In this document: positions 44,353-61,509 of the stretch, in pieces
Layout: each line of letters opens with the position of its first letter
Position numbering within the stretch: position 1 is the stretch's first letter
Source of the DNA: the human T2T-CHM13v2.0 reference genome, Homo sapiens
Length of the DNA stretch: 64,000 bases
Direction of reading: 5' to 3'
Assembly (NCBI GenBank): GCA_009914755.4
Contig: CP068257.2
Coordinates: 39,872,001-39,936,000, forward strand
Notes under the pieces: generated by a model
Database searches by the model: none
What the model was told of the DNA's origin: nothing
Seen by the model: only the letters and a program-made list of their open reading frames with translations
Translations under genes and position numbers: made by a program

Positions 44353-45728
44353 AGGCATGTGTGTAGTGATTATGCTCGCCTCCTGGGTGTCACCCAGCCC
44401 CGTGTGTGAGATGCACGTGGAAGGCGAAAGCACCTGTGCTCAGCGCCTGTGAGCTGGCTCAGCCAGGCCTTTAACTGCTCGCTGGAACACTGATTCCTGG
44501 TCACCCCAGGCAGCACACTGGGAGGGACTGGAGCTTACCCCCAGGGTGGACTGTAGGTGCTGGGGTAGGGGTGAGGATACCCACCTGCCCAAAGGATAAG
44601 GAAGATGCACCAAATCATGCAGGGTGGAGCGTATCAGCTCCAGGGACCCCTTAGGTCAGAGCACAGATTTGCCTTTCACGGTACCTGTAACTACTTCTGT
44701 AATCTCATACACAGATTGCTCAGCTTCCCTGAGAATTAGTTGCTTTATCCATAAAATAGGCATAATAACGTATTGCTGGGTCATGAAGAATTAAATTAAC
44801 CAATGAATAGAGAGAGACTTGTGGACTACAAAGAGCTAGGCAAATACAAGATATATTTTACAAGAAGTAGATAATTCAGGTAACTTGCAAAGCAGCCTAG
44901 GGCTGGACTGGGCTGGACAGAGACATCCATACCTAGGGTTGCCATGTGTAGTTGTTCAGGTTGTATACGGTACAAATGTAGGGATGACTTTCACATTTGT
45001 AGTCATGAAGGATATGTATATTTAACATGACATTTTCCTGCGGATGCCTTAAAATGTCTTATGGAAAGGATGATGTATTCATATTCATAAGAAAACGTTG
45101 AACAAACTCATGGTGAGGTTATCTGTCCATGCCCTATTTTGTAAGATGAAAGAAATTAAACCTTAAGGCTGAACTCTCTTCTACGTGGGTTGCAACACTG
45201 AATCACAGTTTTGTATCTTAATTGTTCTTTGACTTACATATACAGCTGGAGGGCAGAAATAAAAGCATCAGCTTTTAAAAATGCATCAATCAACTTTAGA
45301 TTGATCCAGAACAAAGCTGTCAGTTGATTGTAGTGGGCCAAACCAGGTACGATGTGTCTTACTAGAAACACAGAAGTTTACAAACATTTGAACTGACATC
45401 TTAAAACTAGGAGACTTCACATAAAATTCAGCTTTCCAGCTTCTCTTTAAAACATGGAAGACCTGGCTCACTGGGCCACCTTTTAGAGGAGCAGGAAGGA
45501 GCTCCTCAGCCCTGCGGGCATCTGAGTGGCAGCCCTGCAGGCAACTGAAATTCCACTGTCCTAAGCTGTTCCAGGAGGCGCTGGGGTCCGGTCAACCCCC
45601 GAAGCCCAGCAGCGAGCTCCAGAGACCCCGTCTCCCCACAGAATGGAGGTCAGAAGCTGCCGCCAAGCACATGAAACATCTTGGCTTCCCTCTGTGCACT
45701 CTCTCCGCTTCCTAACTTCCCTAGCTTA

Positions 45729-46151
<423 letters not shown>

Positions 46152-46390
46152 TCAAAGAGAGCAGAACATGCAGCTTCCTGAAGCTTGTGTCCCAGCAGGG
46201 AAGGCACAAACTAACACATAATGAATGTGCAGTGCCAGTGCCAAAAAAAAAAAAAAATGTAAAGCCAGGATAAGAGGCCAGCCTGACCATCGAAGGGGCT
46301 CCATCTCCGGCAGGAGTCTGGGAGGGTGTCCATACGCAGGAGAAGCAGCAGGTGCCTCTGCTGGGGGAGGAGCCTTCATGAGGGCAGTGA

Positions 46391-46723
<333 letters not shown>

Positions 46724-48359
46724 TAGTGCTCAAGACATCCTAGAGCGGGGAGTGGGAATGGAGGACTAGCAAATGGAATGTGGGGACTGAGGGGAACTGG
46801 GCAGTCAGAGGTGACCCCAGGGATTTTAGTCTGAACAGCTGAAGGAATGGAGCCGCCACTGACGGAGATGGGGAAAGCGGATGTGCAAGATGACATCAAG
46901 AACTTGGCCTTGGACACGTTCAACTTGAGGTGCTAATTAAACTGGGAAGAGCAGGTGGTGGCAGGCAGTTGGAGTTGAGGGGATGGAGATGTGAACTTGG
47001 GGGGCGCCAGCAGGGAAGTGCTACTTGGGGCCGGGGCCCAGAGGAGCTCCCCAGGGAGGGAGGGTCAGCCGGTGGACAGAGCTCTGGGGCTGCCTGTGAG
47101 AGGCAGAATGGGGGGATTCCAGGAAAGATATGAATGAGCAAGAAGCTGTGAAAACAATTTCTGTCCACCTGAAAAATGTACACGGCACAGACGTGGAAGG
47201 AAAGGAATGAGGATGATATTAAAGTATTAAAATCCCACGTACTTGAGACAGTAACGATAAATAAAAATAAACCCAGTGTTGCCAGGGATGTGAGAAATAA
47301 AAGCATTATTTTGTTGCCAGAGGGGCACTGAAAATAGATTTAATGTAGTCGAGAGCAGGCACCAACTATGCGGCAGGAGTTACGAAACTCTGTCCCCAGA
47401 AATATTCTCTAAGTGGGGAGGTGGCAAGTTCAAAAAGAAACAAATGATAACAGCCTTCTCAAAGCTCTGAAAGCAGCGCTCTCACACTGGGCAAAGGCGG
47501 ACCTCACCTCAATGCCCTGTAGCAGGGGACCCCTAAGCACGCAGAGGCTGGGTCTCACTCAGCAGGTGGGTGTCTCAGTCCGCAGGTGCAGCGGAGCCAG
47601 TGGCCTTTGGTCCTACAGCTCAGCAGAACTCTGACTCCCAGCTCCCATGCCACCCAGGTGGCCAAGGAAAAGCTGGAAAGATGCACGGGTCACTCTCTCC
47701 AGCTCCCACCTCCTTCTCCTGAGAAATAAAATCCACAGCCAGCTCCAGTCTGCCTGAGGGAGAGAAAAGGGAAAAACAAAAGAAAAATACATAAATTAAT
47801 ATCCAAAAATAACTGGGCACATACAAAACCACTACTAATGTCACAGCATAGGACCAGACAGGATCATAGGCCATGATCTTGCCTATAGCATGAGATTAAG
47901 CAAAATAATAGAATTAATAATAATAATAAAGTATTTGTTGTTCTAGATGAAGTGACTGACAAGGCTGTTGCCCCAAAAGTTGAAAGTAATGACATAATTA
48001 CTTTCTGACAATAAAACTGCAAAGGCAGCTCACACAGGATCAGAGCATAGGTATTCAAGGTCATGTTTAAAAGATAAAAATAGCTTAATGCCAGTGAGAT
48101 CTTATCTTCATGAATCAAAAGTACGGCATACAACTAAACATACAAACAAAAACAGAAGAATGTGCCACTAACGAGCAGGGTTGGCTGGCCACAGGAGTTT
48201 ACAAAATGCCATCACGGGGATCAGTGCTAGTCGGGCCTGCTGTCAGTGAGGGAAAGGGGACCCAGATGGGAAGCAGGGGTCTCCTGGCCAGGGAGGCTGT
48301 GATTAGAGACAGAAGCACCTCATATAAGGGACAGAATGCTCAAGGTTCTGGTCAGAACA

Positions 48360-48420
48360 ATCACATGTGTGTGTGTATGCGTGTGCGTGTGTGTGTGTGT
48401 GTATGTGTGTGTGTTGGGGG
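48360..48420. repeat. (TG)n microsatellite, interrupted.
   Basis: atgtgtgtgtgtatgcgtgtgcgtgtgtgtgtgtgtgtatgtgtgtgtgttgggggtgtat. Confidence 0.95.
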
Positions 48421-49074
48421 TGTATAGGTAATATCTCCAGTGATTCTCAAATGTCATTCCATATAAGAGTTATTGAGAAAGCCAGACTTTTTAAAAAAAA
48501 ATGCAAATTTCCAGGCCTTACCTCCAACGGGGCAGGTGTTCTTGGGGGTTGAGGTGAAGCTAAGGTCGGTGGTCCAGACCCCACTTGCTCCCCTCCCAGT
48601 GGTCTCTGGGCTTGGGGACCGTGAGACTGTCCTCTTTTTGCCTCTGGTGGGCTGAGAAGTCAGATCTCAGCCTGGAAGAGTGAGAAGCAGCTCTGCATTG
48701 TGACTTCTAGGGGGCATCCCCTGTTGTCTATGACAGCCTTACCTAGGGGGTGGGCCCAGGCCACCCCTCCCTACACACCCAGCCCTAGGTGCCTCTGCCT
48801 GAAGGTCACCCGCTGTGAGATGGTCTGTGAGCCCCCTGTACCCTCTTCTTTTGCTTCCATTGTTGATAAATACATAAAAACACAGCCATGTGTCAACAAA
48901 AAAAGTGAAACGCTATAAAATATTTGAAGAATTTTATTCTGAGCCAAATCTGAGTGACCATGGCCCATGACACAGCCCTCAGGAGGTCCTGAGAACATAT
49001 GTCCAAGGTGGTTGGGGTGCAGTCTGGTTTTATACATTTTAGGGAGGCATGAGACATCAATCAAATGCATTTAA

Positions 49075-49473
<399 letters not shown>

Positions 49474-50611
49474 TAAACATTTTCTGGTTGACAACTGGTT
49501 GTGTTTGTCTAAAGACCTGGGATCCATAGAAAGGAAATGCTCAGGTTAAGATAAAAGACTGTGGAGACCAGGGTTCTTCCAAAGTCTCACAGTGGCTGCC
49601 CTTAGAGACAATCAATGACAAATGCTTCCTGTTCAGACCTTTAAAAGGTGCTAGGCTCTTAATCTTTTCAGGATTGGGAGGGCCTGGAAGAAACAAGATC
49701 TAGCTGTGTTAATAGAGATTCTTTACAGACGCAAATTTTTTCCCACAAGGGACATCTTTGCAGGGCATTTCAAAATATGGCCAAGAAACACGTTTCAGGG
49801 TAAAATACTTTGATTTTCTTATTTGTCACATAATGTTATGCCAGAGTCAGATTGGAAAGTCAGTCACGATATATAGGGTTAAATAAAACCCATCTGACGA
49901 AAATTTATGGTTTGTAGGAAATGACTTCCCAGACCCCTTAGATAGGAATTTGGGCAAGATAAAAAATCAGAGTTTAGTCCTTAGTTCACCAAAGATGAAG
50001 AGTTTATAATTTAATGGTACATTTCCTTTCTTAAGTCATCTGAGTTAGATTGGCTGTAAAAATAACCTTACACCACTGGCTATTGGCTCCTTCTCTTCTT
50101 AGACCTGGACACAGTGCCCGATGTCCAAGGCTGAAAAGGTTTAGAAACAGGACTTTAAGGTAAGACAGGGATTCCAGTGACAGCTACTGAGTCCGCTGAA
50201 ATGCAGGGAGGGGTCCTGGGCTTCTCAGAACCCCACCTAGATTTGGAAGGAACCTCTCTGAGGGGTGCACATCCATGGACAAACTCCCGGGGCGCCTGGG
50301 GACTGACTTCCCCCAGACACATCTGTCTTTCTCTCCTGCTGTTGCTAGGAAGCTGTAGGCATCCCGGAGTCTAGGCCCTGCCACTCTTAATCCAGAGGTG
50401 AAAAATAAAGAGGGTGTCCATGCTGCCACCGGGGAAGAAAGTCTTGGTCATTTCCTCAGTATCTTCTCTACCATCAGGGAAAAAATATCACCTCTTTCAT
50501 TAGGAAAGACCCTGGAATCTGCCTCTGCTTCTAAACATTACGGTTTATTTTATTTTATTTTATTTTTGCATAGTGCATGCACCCAGAGCTTACTGTCTTC
50601 CTGGATTTCTG

Positions 50612-50921
<310 letters not shown>

Positions 50922-52204
50922 CCTTCCTGGATTTCTTGTATTACTTTTAATAATAATAATTTAAAAAAACACAGGAAAAGAAACGATGTATTCCAGCCCT
51001 GTCCTTTGCTTCATGGCTGTTACACTGACACTGTGATTGTAAGCTTGAATTTCGGGTCGTAGGCAATTTTCTGACAAAGCCCCCCACTTCTCCCTCAGCC
51101 ACTGCCCCTGCACCGCCCTCAGCATGAAGCTTAAAAGGGAGAGAATATAGATCCCACCCCAAGGGCAAAGAGTCAACGGGTCCACATCCACAAGTCCTGA
51201 GCACTCTTGCATTTATTTCACAAGTCAGTGAAAGCCAATGGGATGTCCCTTTCCGATGCTGCATGGGAGCAATGAGAAGCAGCCAGAGAGGCATCACCTG
51301 ACCAGGCGGCTGGCTGGCATAGGGGGGTGGCTGTGGCCAGCTGGAGGGGGCTGCTGGGCATGGTGGGGGTGAGGGGCAGAGGACAGCACCTGAAGGATGC
51401 TTGGAGAAGGGATGGGGAGCAGAATCCATCAGGGCGCTCCCAGCTCAGTAGCAGGGACTGTGCTGGCTGCTGGGGTATAAGGTAGTAGGAGAGCAGGGAG
51501 AAATGCAGTCAGTGACCAGGAGGATTTCTGGTAATCAACGCCACAGTTCTTTACTTGGGAGACAGTTTTGTTGGGGATAAAAGCTCCTGGAGTCCAGACA
51601 CTATAACCCCCTTGACACCTCTTGATTCCAGGAATTCACTCTGTGCTTGGGACGATTATGTGCTCTATAAAGAGGGACTGGCTGACCAGTGTGTTCTGCT
51701 CAAGTTGGTTACAACATTGATTTTGACATCAGACAAGTGGTCTTAACCCTTAGAACCGTCATTCCTGAGATGTGTAGTCTAGAAAAGTTGCTTAAATTCC
51801 CTAAGCCTCAGTTACCTCATCCATGAGATGGGACAAAGACTGTGTATGCTGTAGGTTGATTGAAAAGACGAAAGCCACGAGGTACCTAAGGCACCAGCAT
51901 GGTGCTCACTGGATTCTGAGGAAGCACAGCCTCTCCTTGTCATACTTGGGCAGCATCTGACAATGGTCAAAATTCTTTCACGTGTGTTTTTCAGACCCCA
52001 GGTCAACCCCAAGATAAAGAGACAAAGAAAAAGTGTTTCTACTTTTAGAGAATACCCGTGATGATAGCTTGATGTAAAACCAAGGGGTGGGAGAGAATGG
52101 AACCAGCTGGAGGAATTAAAATGCCAAGGGCCAGGACTTAGGAAAGAAGCCTGTGGCTCGATCCTGAGCATTTCTGTCTGTTTTTTTTCCCTAAACCTTT
52201 GTGT

Positions 52205-52821
<617 letters not shown>

Positions 52822-55800
52822 GTTTTAAACTCATAATTTCACCCATGGCATCGATGATGGAGACATGAAGCTGGACCCCCACCCAGCCATAGCTTGATCT
52901 GTATATGGAAAATGCCTTCCCTGTCCTGAAATTCAATAAAGAGAAAATGACAGAAGAACCACATGCACTACTGTTTTTACAAATCCTAGAGTCATGTAAC
53001 TTCCTTAAGAAAGACATTATTAGCTGAGTACCATTTTATCGGGAGGAGCTGGGAGTGTGAGTGGATTTCATGGTGCCACATCAGCTCTGGTTTTGTGGCA
53101 ATCGATAAAAGACACCCAGAGCAGCAGGAGCAAAGCCATAGAAGGGAGAGTTTATGGTCAATATTTTTGATATGTAGAACCTGTGATACCTACTGTAAAA
53201 AGTAATTACAATAAATATTCTAATTTAAAATTTTCATCATTCATAATAGAACTGTAATCAAATAGGTTTGATTTTAAGTGATGTGTCATAGGTCCAGTAT
53301 TTTGATAAATACTTCCTGAATATTCTCTCATTCCATCCTTGGAATAACACTGGGAGGAGGGGTTAGTAGCCCTGTTTTCCAGAGGAAGCACAGGGTCTGA
53401 GCTTGTTGTTCAATGTTGCCTGGTATTTGGGAGCTGGGCTGGATTTGGAGAGGAGAGGGGGACGGGGCTGTGTCTACCTTCAGTATAGTCAGGCTGGACA
53501 CTGTGTAGCCAGGGACGGTGCAGTCAAGATGGGTAGGGATGCGGAGAAGTCACCAGCCAGGACAGTGCCACCCTGAGTGGGTGCCAGCAGACTTGTGCCT
53601 GGGCATGAACCCTAGGGGCGATCCATCTGCACCCAGACAACCCAGCATGGTGGTGGGGGAGGTTTCCCAAAACTCCAGCTTTATTTTTGGGTCCAGAAGG
53701 AAGCACTGGCCAGGGGTAAGGTTGTTGGAAGAGCATTCCCTGTTCCACGTGGGAGTTGGGTTGGTAGCCAGGGGCAAGCTGAGAAGCTGGGAGAGCTGGC
53801 AGGAACAGCGAGGAAGTGGCAGGACAGAGACGGAAGTGAGTCCTGACCTGTCCTCTGCCCATGCCTGCATGCTGTGCATCCACTGCCCTGGGAGTCGAGG
53901 TGATGGCCCCGTACTGGCCCCAGGATCCGCTTCTGTCATTCTACCAGCTGGGATTGCAATGATTTGTCCACTTGTTGAACGATTCAGCGTTTTTTTTTTT
54001 CTGCTACTTTTCTCACTACCTGCATCTGAAAATACTTCTCTTCCCTGGTCAGCCTGCGGTCACCCCGGGGGATTGGCTTGCTGGTTTTTCCAGTTGGACC
54101 AGATGCACCCATCGGAGCTGCATCAGCCTCTGGGCCTGGAGGAGAGAATGTTTCCTTAGGCACATCTTGGCTGCCACCAGAAATGTCAGCCTCGCCGGGC
54201 GTTATATGGACTCATGTGCACATCCAGGCAGGGTCCAGAGCCCAGGATGTTTGCATTCAGGCTCCAGGCCCCCAGTTTCCAGCGAGATGGCTGTCTGCCA
54301 GCCACCGAGCCCTCGGCCTCAGCCTCACCTCTGTAACGTGGGGATTTGGTGATCTGCCCAACCAGTGGCCACGTGAAATAATAGATCTGAGAATGCTTTG
54401 AAGAGAGAAGGAAGCACCAAAGTAGTCCACAGCTGGCTGGGTGGGCCGGGGTTTCTCTGGTCTCGGCTCATTCCGGCTCATTCTCTGTGTCAACACTGGC
54501 AAGACGCACCCACTCTGCACAAACTCTGGGCGCTCAGTGCTGCTGGAGGGAGGATGCGGCATATTTGCAAGAAGCCTACAAGGGGCCCATGCTAGTTTTG
54601 TAGAGGATGAAGTTTATACAATGTGGGGGAACTTCCCTAAGGAATAGTATACAAAATTATAAATACAAGAGCAGATCCAAAGCAGATTATATTGGTTTAA
54701 AATGAGAAATGAAAATATAATGGATTACAAATTCTAAAAAGCTAACAGTATCATAATATCACAAATCCACAAAAATAATATAATAATTTTATTAATTTTA
54801 TAATTCCTTTTAAATTACAGCTTTGAGGTGCATACTCTTTGCTTACTTCTTAGGACAATAACTATAAAAATAGCATTCCTGCTGAGCACTTGGAAGGATA
54901 CTTCAGCCTTCTCTTGACATGGTAGCTTCTGGCTCTGGAATTCTAAAACCCCCTTCTCTACTCCGTTTCCCGAAAACTTAAAGTGCTGGGCACCATGGGG
55001 CATACTGTACCTCTACGGTGGGGAGACACCTGGCCCTGCACTTTGCCACCCAGCAGTCACTGTGTGTGTTACGTGTATTCCTGGAAGCCATTCCCACGGC
55101 TCAGAGTTAACCACAAATTACCTGCACATGACTGCTGACAACATAAGAACTACTCACTGGTCCCAACTTTGGTGCACCTCCCACTCCCTTAGCACTGCTC
55201 CAGTATGCCTGACCACTGCACTACGGCCAGGACACCCAGAGAGGAGAGAGAGCATGAACAGAAACAGACAGCGATCCTCAGGATTGCCACGAAAATAGCT
55301 TACTCTTGCAATGTTCGCAAAATGCCACAGCCATGCAGCTTTCTCCCAGGACTTCTAGGCTCCAGCTTTCCAGGAAATCTCCCATTTGAGCTCAACAGGA
55401 AAGTTCTGGAACCAACCTAGCTTCTCTGTAGTGCTTGGGAGGTCTGAACCCACTGTTCTCAAGCCAGTGAGACCCAGGCGGGCCCTTTACCTGGACTTCT
55501 CCAACCTGGACCCCTGCAAACCCGTCTGTCTCTGCTTCTGCAGGTGAAGCGGGAGGAGGAGACCAAGGCCAGCGCAGCCCACCCGCCCTGCACCAGTGCA
55601 CGGTCCCCACCCTTTCTCTTCCTTTCCGTGTCTTTACTTGTCAGCCACCTCATTTGATTAGTTCAGAAGAGGCACAGGTAGCTCATTGCCTTTCTCTCCT
55701 TATTAGTGAAGAGATAGCACTTGGTGTTTCTAGTCCAGGAAGCATGGAGGAGCCATCCCCGAGCAGACAGGGGTAAATTGGTGGTGAAATGATCACTGGG

Positions 55801-57508
55801 GTTCAGACAAGTTAGATCTGATATGAATTCTGGATCCCCAAAGGGAGACACCAAGGAGGCAACTGAATATCCGAGTCTGGAGTTGCAGAGAGGCCCGGGC
55901 TGGGGGCAGGAACACAGGAGTCTTTCCCATGTGGGTATCAAGACAATCTTTAATGCCGTAATGCTGGCTGGGATCTCCCAGGAAATGAAGCTGGAGACAA
56001 GAGCCCCATGCAGTTCCCTGGGGCACAGCAGAAAGCTCTAAGGAGGGACAGGAGGAAAACAAGGTGAAGGAGGTGCTTGGGCTAAATTGTGGCCCCCAAA
56101 ATCCATATGTTGAAGTCCTAACCCCCGTACCTCAGAATGTGACCTTATTTGGAAACAGGGTCTTTGTGGAGGTGATTGAGTTCGAATGACGGCATTAGGG
56201 TGGGCCTGGTCCGATCTGACTATGTCCTGTAAGACGAGGAGATGAGGACACAGATGCACACAGAGGGATGACCCTGTGAGGACACAGGGAGGAGATGCCA
56301 TCTGCAAGCCGAGGAGAGAGGATTCAGAGGAACCAGCCCTGCCAATAACTTCATCTTGGATTTTCAGCCTCCAGGACTTTGAACCAATAAATGTACGTTG
56401 AAGCTCCCCACCTGTGGGATTTGTTATTGCCGCTCCATACAGGTGGGGGCCTGGGAACCTGGACTCATACAGGTCGGGGCCTGGGAACTTGGGAAAATCG
56501 TGCATCGCAGAGTGGGGCCCAGGAGGCCACTGCTGCTGGGGGTCAAGTGAGAGTAAGGCTGGGAATGTCCCTCCTTCCCCATGAGCGTTCTGAATTGTTT
56601 TCTGATAATAACGGAACAGATATGTTTGGAAATAGTTTAAAATCTATTACTGTGACTGGTGCTTCACATATTTGTTTGTCTCAAAACACACAGATAGATA
56701 ATCTATATAAAGAGAAAACAAGAAGACACAGACTGGAAAACAGATCTGGTTGTTACCAAGGCATTTAGCATGCAATTTCTCATTTGCTGTGGACACGACG
56801 AGAAGAGAATTCCTCACTCGGTTTTCTGTCTGCCACCTTGCTAGTGATCAGCCCACTGGGAACATTTTATTAACCCCTTATTAAACTTTTATTAGTTTTA
56901 CTTCCATTGCCTAGATAATCACTGTCCAATGAACACAATGCAAGCTAAAAAAAAAAACAAACTACTGAAAATCCAGATGGACACCTTTTGTGGGGGCAGA
57001 AATGGAACAGAAACGCTTAGCAGCAGCAGCGAGGGACATTGCAGCCACCAGCTGAAGAAGGGCTCCTGCCCCAGGGGTCCGGCGTGGTTTGGGTCTAGGG
57101 GTCATGGGGCCAAGAGGGCATCCAGAGAGACAAGCAGTCAGGGTCAGAATCAGACTCTGGGAGTGCAGGTTGAAATGAGACTGCTGCAGACCTCCCTCCT
57201 GAAATGTTTGTAGCAAACTGGTCCCCAGCAGGACTGGGGACAAGAAGGTGTCTCAGCAGGATGGGAAAAACTGAGATGCTGGGCCAGGGACACTCCGCTG
57301 ACTTCTAGGCAGGGGTTGCGAATGTCACGGTGAGACCTGGTCCTGGACGGAGACCAGCAGGCAGGAGGAGGCAGTCACGGAAATCCACAGAGAGAAAAGA
57401 AATTGCATAAGGAGATGGCACTCCTCAAATGGGGTGGGGCACCACAACTCCAGAACAAATGCCAATGCAGGGCACAGATGAGAAAAGCCATCATTAGAAT
57501 ATGCATCT

Positions 57509-57600
57509 TAGCTGGGTGTGGTGGCACGCACCTGTAGTCCCAGCTACTCGGGAGGCATGAGCCACCATGCTTGACTTCAATTAAAAAAAAAATAGGCATT
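57509..57600 (+). mobile_element. Short chimeric Alu fragment.
   Basis: agctgggtgtggtggcacgcacctgtagtcccagctactcgggaggc|atgagccaccatgcttgac..aaaaaaaaaa. Confidence 0.6.
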
Positions 57601-59008
57601 CTTTCCAGGAAAATTAATTTTACAGAAAATCTGACATAGACTTTAAAATAGGTATGTGAAGTCCGCTCACAGAGATAACTTCTATTTCTCTGTTTGGATT
57701 TCATGATGCCCCGGAGTATCTTTTATGCATAGGAAAGACGATTTGCAATGACTTTTAAAAAAAATATATTTGATGTTTCAAGCTACAAATTTTAAAACAT
57801 GGTTTTTCCTTAGGCTTTCATGTTTAATTCCTCTTGTTCTACTTAGAAATCTGGAGAATTTTGATAATTACTCAGAAAAGGGGCTTTACAATTTTTGTTT
57901 ATTAAATGTTCTCAAATGTTTTGAATTGCATTTATCATTTTTAAATATTTTTAGTTTCATTTTAAGTACTTCAGTTGTCTAACAAAACTTTTTCAAGTAC
58001 ATGTGTAATTTTAATAGCATTCATTTATAAATGTGGTTATTTGTAAGCTGTCTTAAATAGTTTAGTATTGTTTCAAGAAACAGAAGAGGTCTGTTTTCAG
58101 CTTGATAGCAAAGATCTAAATTAATGCCTCAAAAACGCACTAGGTTGCAATCACAAGTCCAATTTGCTATATTCTCAAGTAATCCAAACTGTCTGAAATA
58201 TTACAAACATTTTAAACCCCTAATTTACACAGGTTATTCCTTAACTTAATTTTTTAAGTGTTGGTTCTCTTGTTTTTTTCATTGTCTTTGTTGGGGATTT
58301 GATAAAATTCACCCTTTTTGGGGCCTGCAGCTTGTACAATTTCGGGGCTCTCTTTAAGAGAAAGAACACACATTCATGACTATGAAGCGAGCTCCAGGGA
58401 CTCCAAAGGGGCACACGCTGTTAAAGGGCCTGAAGCTTCAACTTCATTGATTTCATGGTAAATTCAACTACAATTTCTATGTTTCTTCAAAGACTTTCCC
58501 GGGGTTAAAAATCACTTACCTATCAAGTAAAACAATTTCATATTCAAAGCAAGCGGTGGTGATCCACCCAGGCCACGTTGTCACTGTCCTCACAGTCCAT
58601 CAGTGAGGGCTCTCACTCTGTCTGTGACACCCAAGGGGCCTCCAAGTGCTAACCACCTGAAACAAACCGAGGTCTGATGAGGGATGCTGCGGTGATTCTT
58701 CAGAACATTATGGACGGTGGGGAAATCCCAAGACCACCAGAGGGAGCAGATGGATTCAGGAACAAACGTTAGCAGTCAGCGAACTTGGATCACCAGAAGC
58801 AGACACCGGAAAGAGGAAGAGCTTCAAAGCACTGAGCAAAAAAACCCACCCAGTGGAATCTTATACCCAGCAATAGTTGATTCAAGAGTGGAGTGGAAAT
58901 AAAAGTATTTTCAGATAATAAAAAATTAGTCGTTTTCCCACTTACTGTCTCCCATTAAAGGGATATTAATATAAGTCGTTGAGTAAGAAGCAAATTGAAA
59001 CTAGGAAG

Positions 59009-59329
59009 GGCTGATCGCAGTGGCTCATGCCTATAATCCCAGCACTCTGGGTGGCCGAGGTAGGCAGATCATCTGAGATCAGGAGTTCGAGACCAGCCTG
59101 GCCAACATGGCGAAACCCTGTCTCTACTAAAAATACAAAATTAGCTGGGCGTTGTGGTGCATGCCTGTAATCCCAGCTACTCAGGAGGCTGAGGCAGGAG
59201 AATCGCTTGAACCTCAGAGGCGGAGGTTGCAGTGAGTGGAGATCACGCCACTGCACTCCAGCCCAGGCGAGAGAGCAAGACTTCGTCTCAAAAAAAAAAA
59301 AAAAAAAAAAGAGAGAGAAAGAAAGAAAG
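59009..59329 (+). mobile_element. Alu (SINE) with a long poly-A/(GA)n tail.
   Basis: GGGCTGATCGCAGTGGCTCATGCCTATAATCCCAGCACTCTGGGTGGCCGAGGTAGGCAGATCATCTGAGATCAGGAGTTCGAGACC.. to ..(A)21GAGAGAGAAAGAAAGAAAG. Confidence 0.9.
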
Positions 59330-59940
59330 CTAGGAAAAGACCAGTGATTGAAGAAATGAAGGTAAACATAGAAATGGATAAAATAATGGGAAATTAAATT
59401 TCCTCTTGGCAGAAAGAGTGGTAGGCAGAAAAACGGCCCCCAAAAGACACCCAGGTCCTAAATCCCAAAACCTGTGAGTATGTTCCCTTACTTAGCAAAA
59501 AGCACTTTGCAAATGTGATTAAGGTTAAGAATTTTGAGACAGGAGACTATTCTGGGGTTTTCAGGTGAGTCTAACATAATCAGAAATTAACCTTTCCAGG
59601 GTCAGGAGAAGAGAGGTGTGACTACGGAAGAATGGTCAGAGACACACGATGCGGCTGGCTTTGAGGAAAGAGGATGGGGCAGCCTGTAGAAGATGGAAAA
59701 GACAAGGAAACAGAGTCCCCTTTGGAATCTCTGGAAAGAAACGTAACCCCATTGGCATCTTGGTGTGGGCCCAGCAAGACCCATGTCAGACTTCTGGCCT
59801 GCAACACTACAAGATAATAAGTCTGTATTGTTTAGCTCACTCCATCTGTAGTAATTTATTGCAGAAGCAATAGGAAAAACAAAACTAATACATCCACTCA
59901 CCCGCCCAATCCCCACCCCCCACGCACACCTATTTAGTGT

Positions 59941-60510
<570 letters not shown>

Positions 60511-61197
60511 TGAAACTTATAAAGCTCCAAAGCAGGAGAAGGGAGAAAAGGGAATGCAAAAATTTTATTACTTCAACAGAAAGTAGAAGAGGAGAGAAAA
60601 AGGGAATGAAGAAAAAATTCAGTCAGAAATCAAAAGGTGAACTAGAGGAATCCCAAATATATTAGCAACCACAAAAAAATGTAAATCACATACAAAAGAT
60701 GGGAATGATCAGATTGAATAGAAAAACAAAATCCAGCCATATGCTGTTTAAAAGATGTAAGCCCAGGTAATGTGTTTGTGAACAATAACCTAAAGAAATA
60801 TGCTGTAGTCATATGAAAATTAGACAAATAAAATTCCAGGGCTCAGAATATGCTGCCCCAGAATAGGACACCCTGGCACACTGAGTATTTTAAGGTGAAG
60901 GAAACTGAGAATCTCGCAGAAGCAGGGAGTTCGCTCTCTGAGCTTCCTCCTTCCTTCTCTCCTGGAATAGGTCATAAGACCCTCATCCCAGAGGAGTCCT
61001 CCTCTACCCGGAAGAAAGGAAGGAAGACACAGAGATGCCAAGAAGAATCTGAACAAACAGGTCTGGCTAAGCTCCCTTAACCTTCATTAAACGTATGTAA
61101 AAAACTTCATAAACCTTCACTGTATTACCATTAGATCAAAGCCCGTTTGTCCCCTGTCATACTTTTCCACAACTGTTTATAGAAATACACAGTTTCA

Positions 61198-61509
61198 GCC
61201 AGGCATGGTGCCTCACACTTGTAGTCCCAGCACTTTGGGAGGATGAGGCAGGAGGATTGCTTGAGCCCCGGAGTTTGAAACTAGCCTGGGCGATATAGTG
61301 AAATCCTGTCTCTACAGGAAAAAAAAAAAAAAAAAAAGCTGGGTGTGCTGGTGCATGCCTGTGGTCCTAGCTACTGGGCAAGCTGAGGTGGATCACTTGA
61401 GCCCCAGCATTTGAGGCTGAGGCTGCAGTGGGCTATGATGGCACCAATGCACTCCAGCCTGAGCGACAGTGCAAGACATCGTCTCTAAACAAAACAAAAC
61501 AAAAAATAC
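61198..61509 (+). mobile_element. Alu (SINE), older, with an (AAAAC)n tail.
   Basis: GCCAGGCATGGTGCCTCACACTTGTAGTCCCAGCACTTTGGGAGGATGAGGCAGGAGGATTGCTTGAGCCCCGGAGTTTGAAACTAGCCTGGGCGATATAGTGAAATCCTGTCTCTACAGG(A)19GCTGGGTGTGCTGGTGCATGCCTGTGGTCC.. Confidence 0.9.
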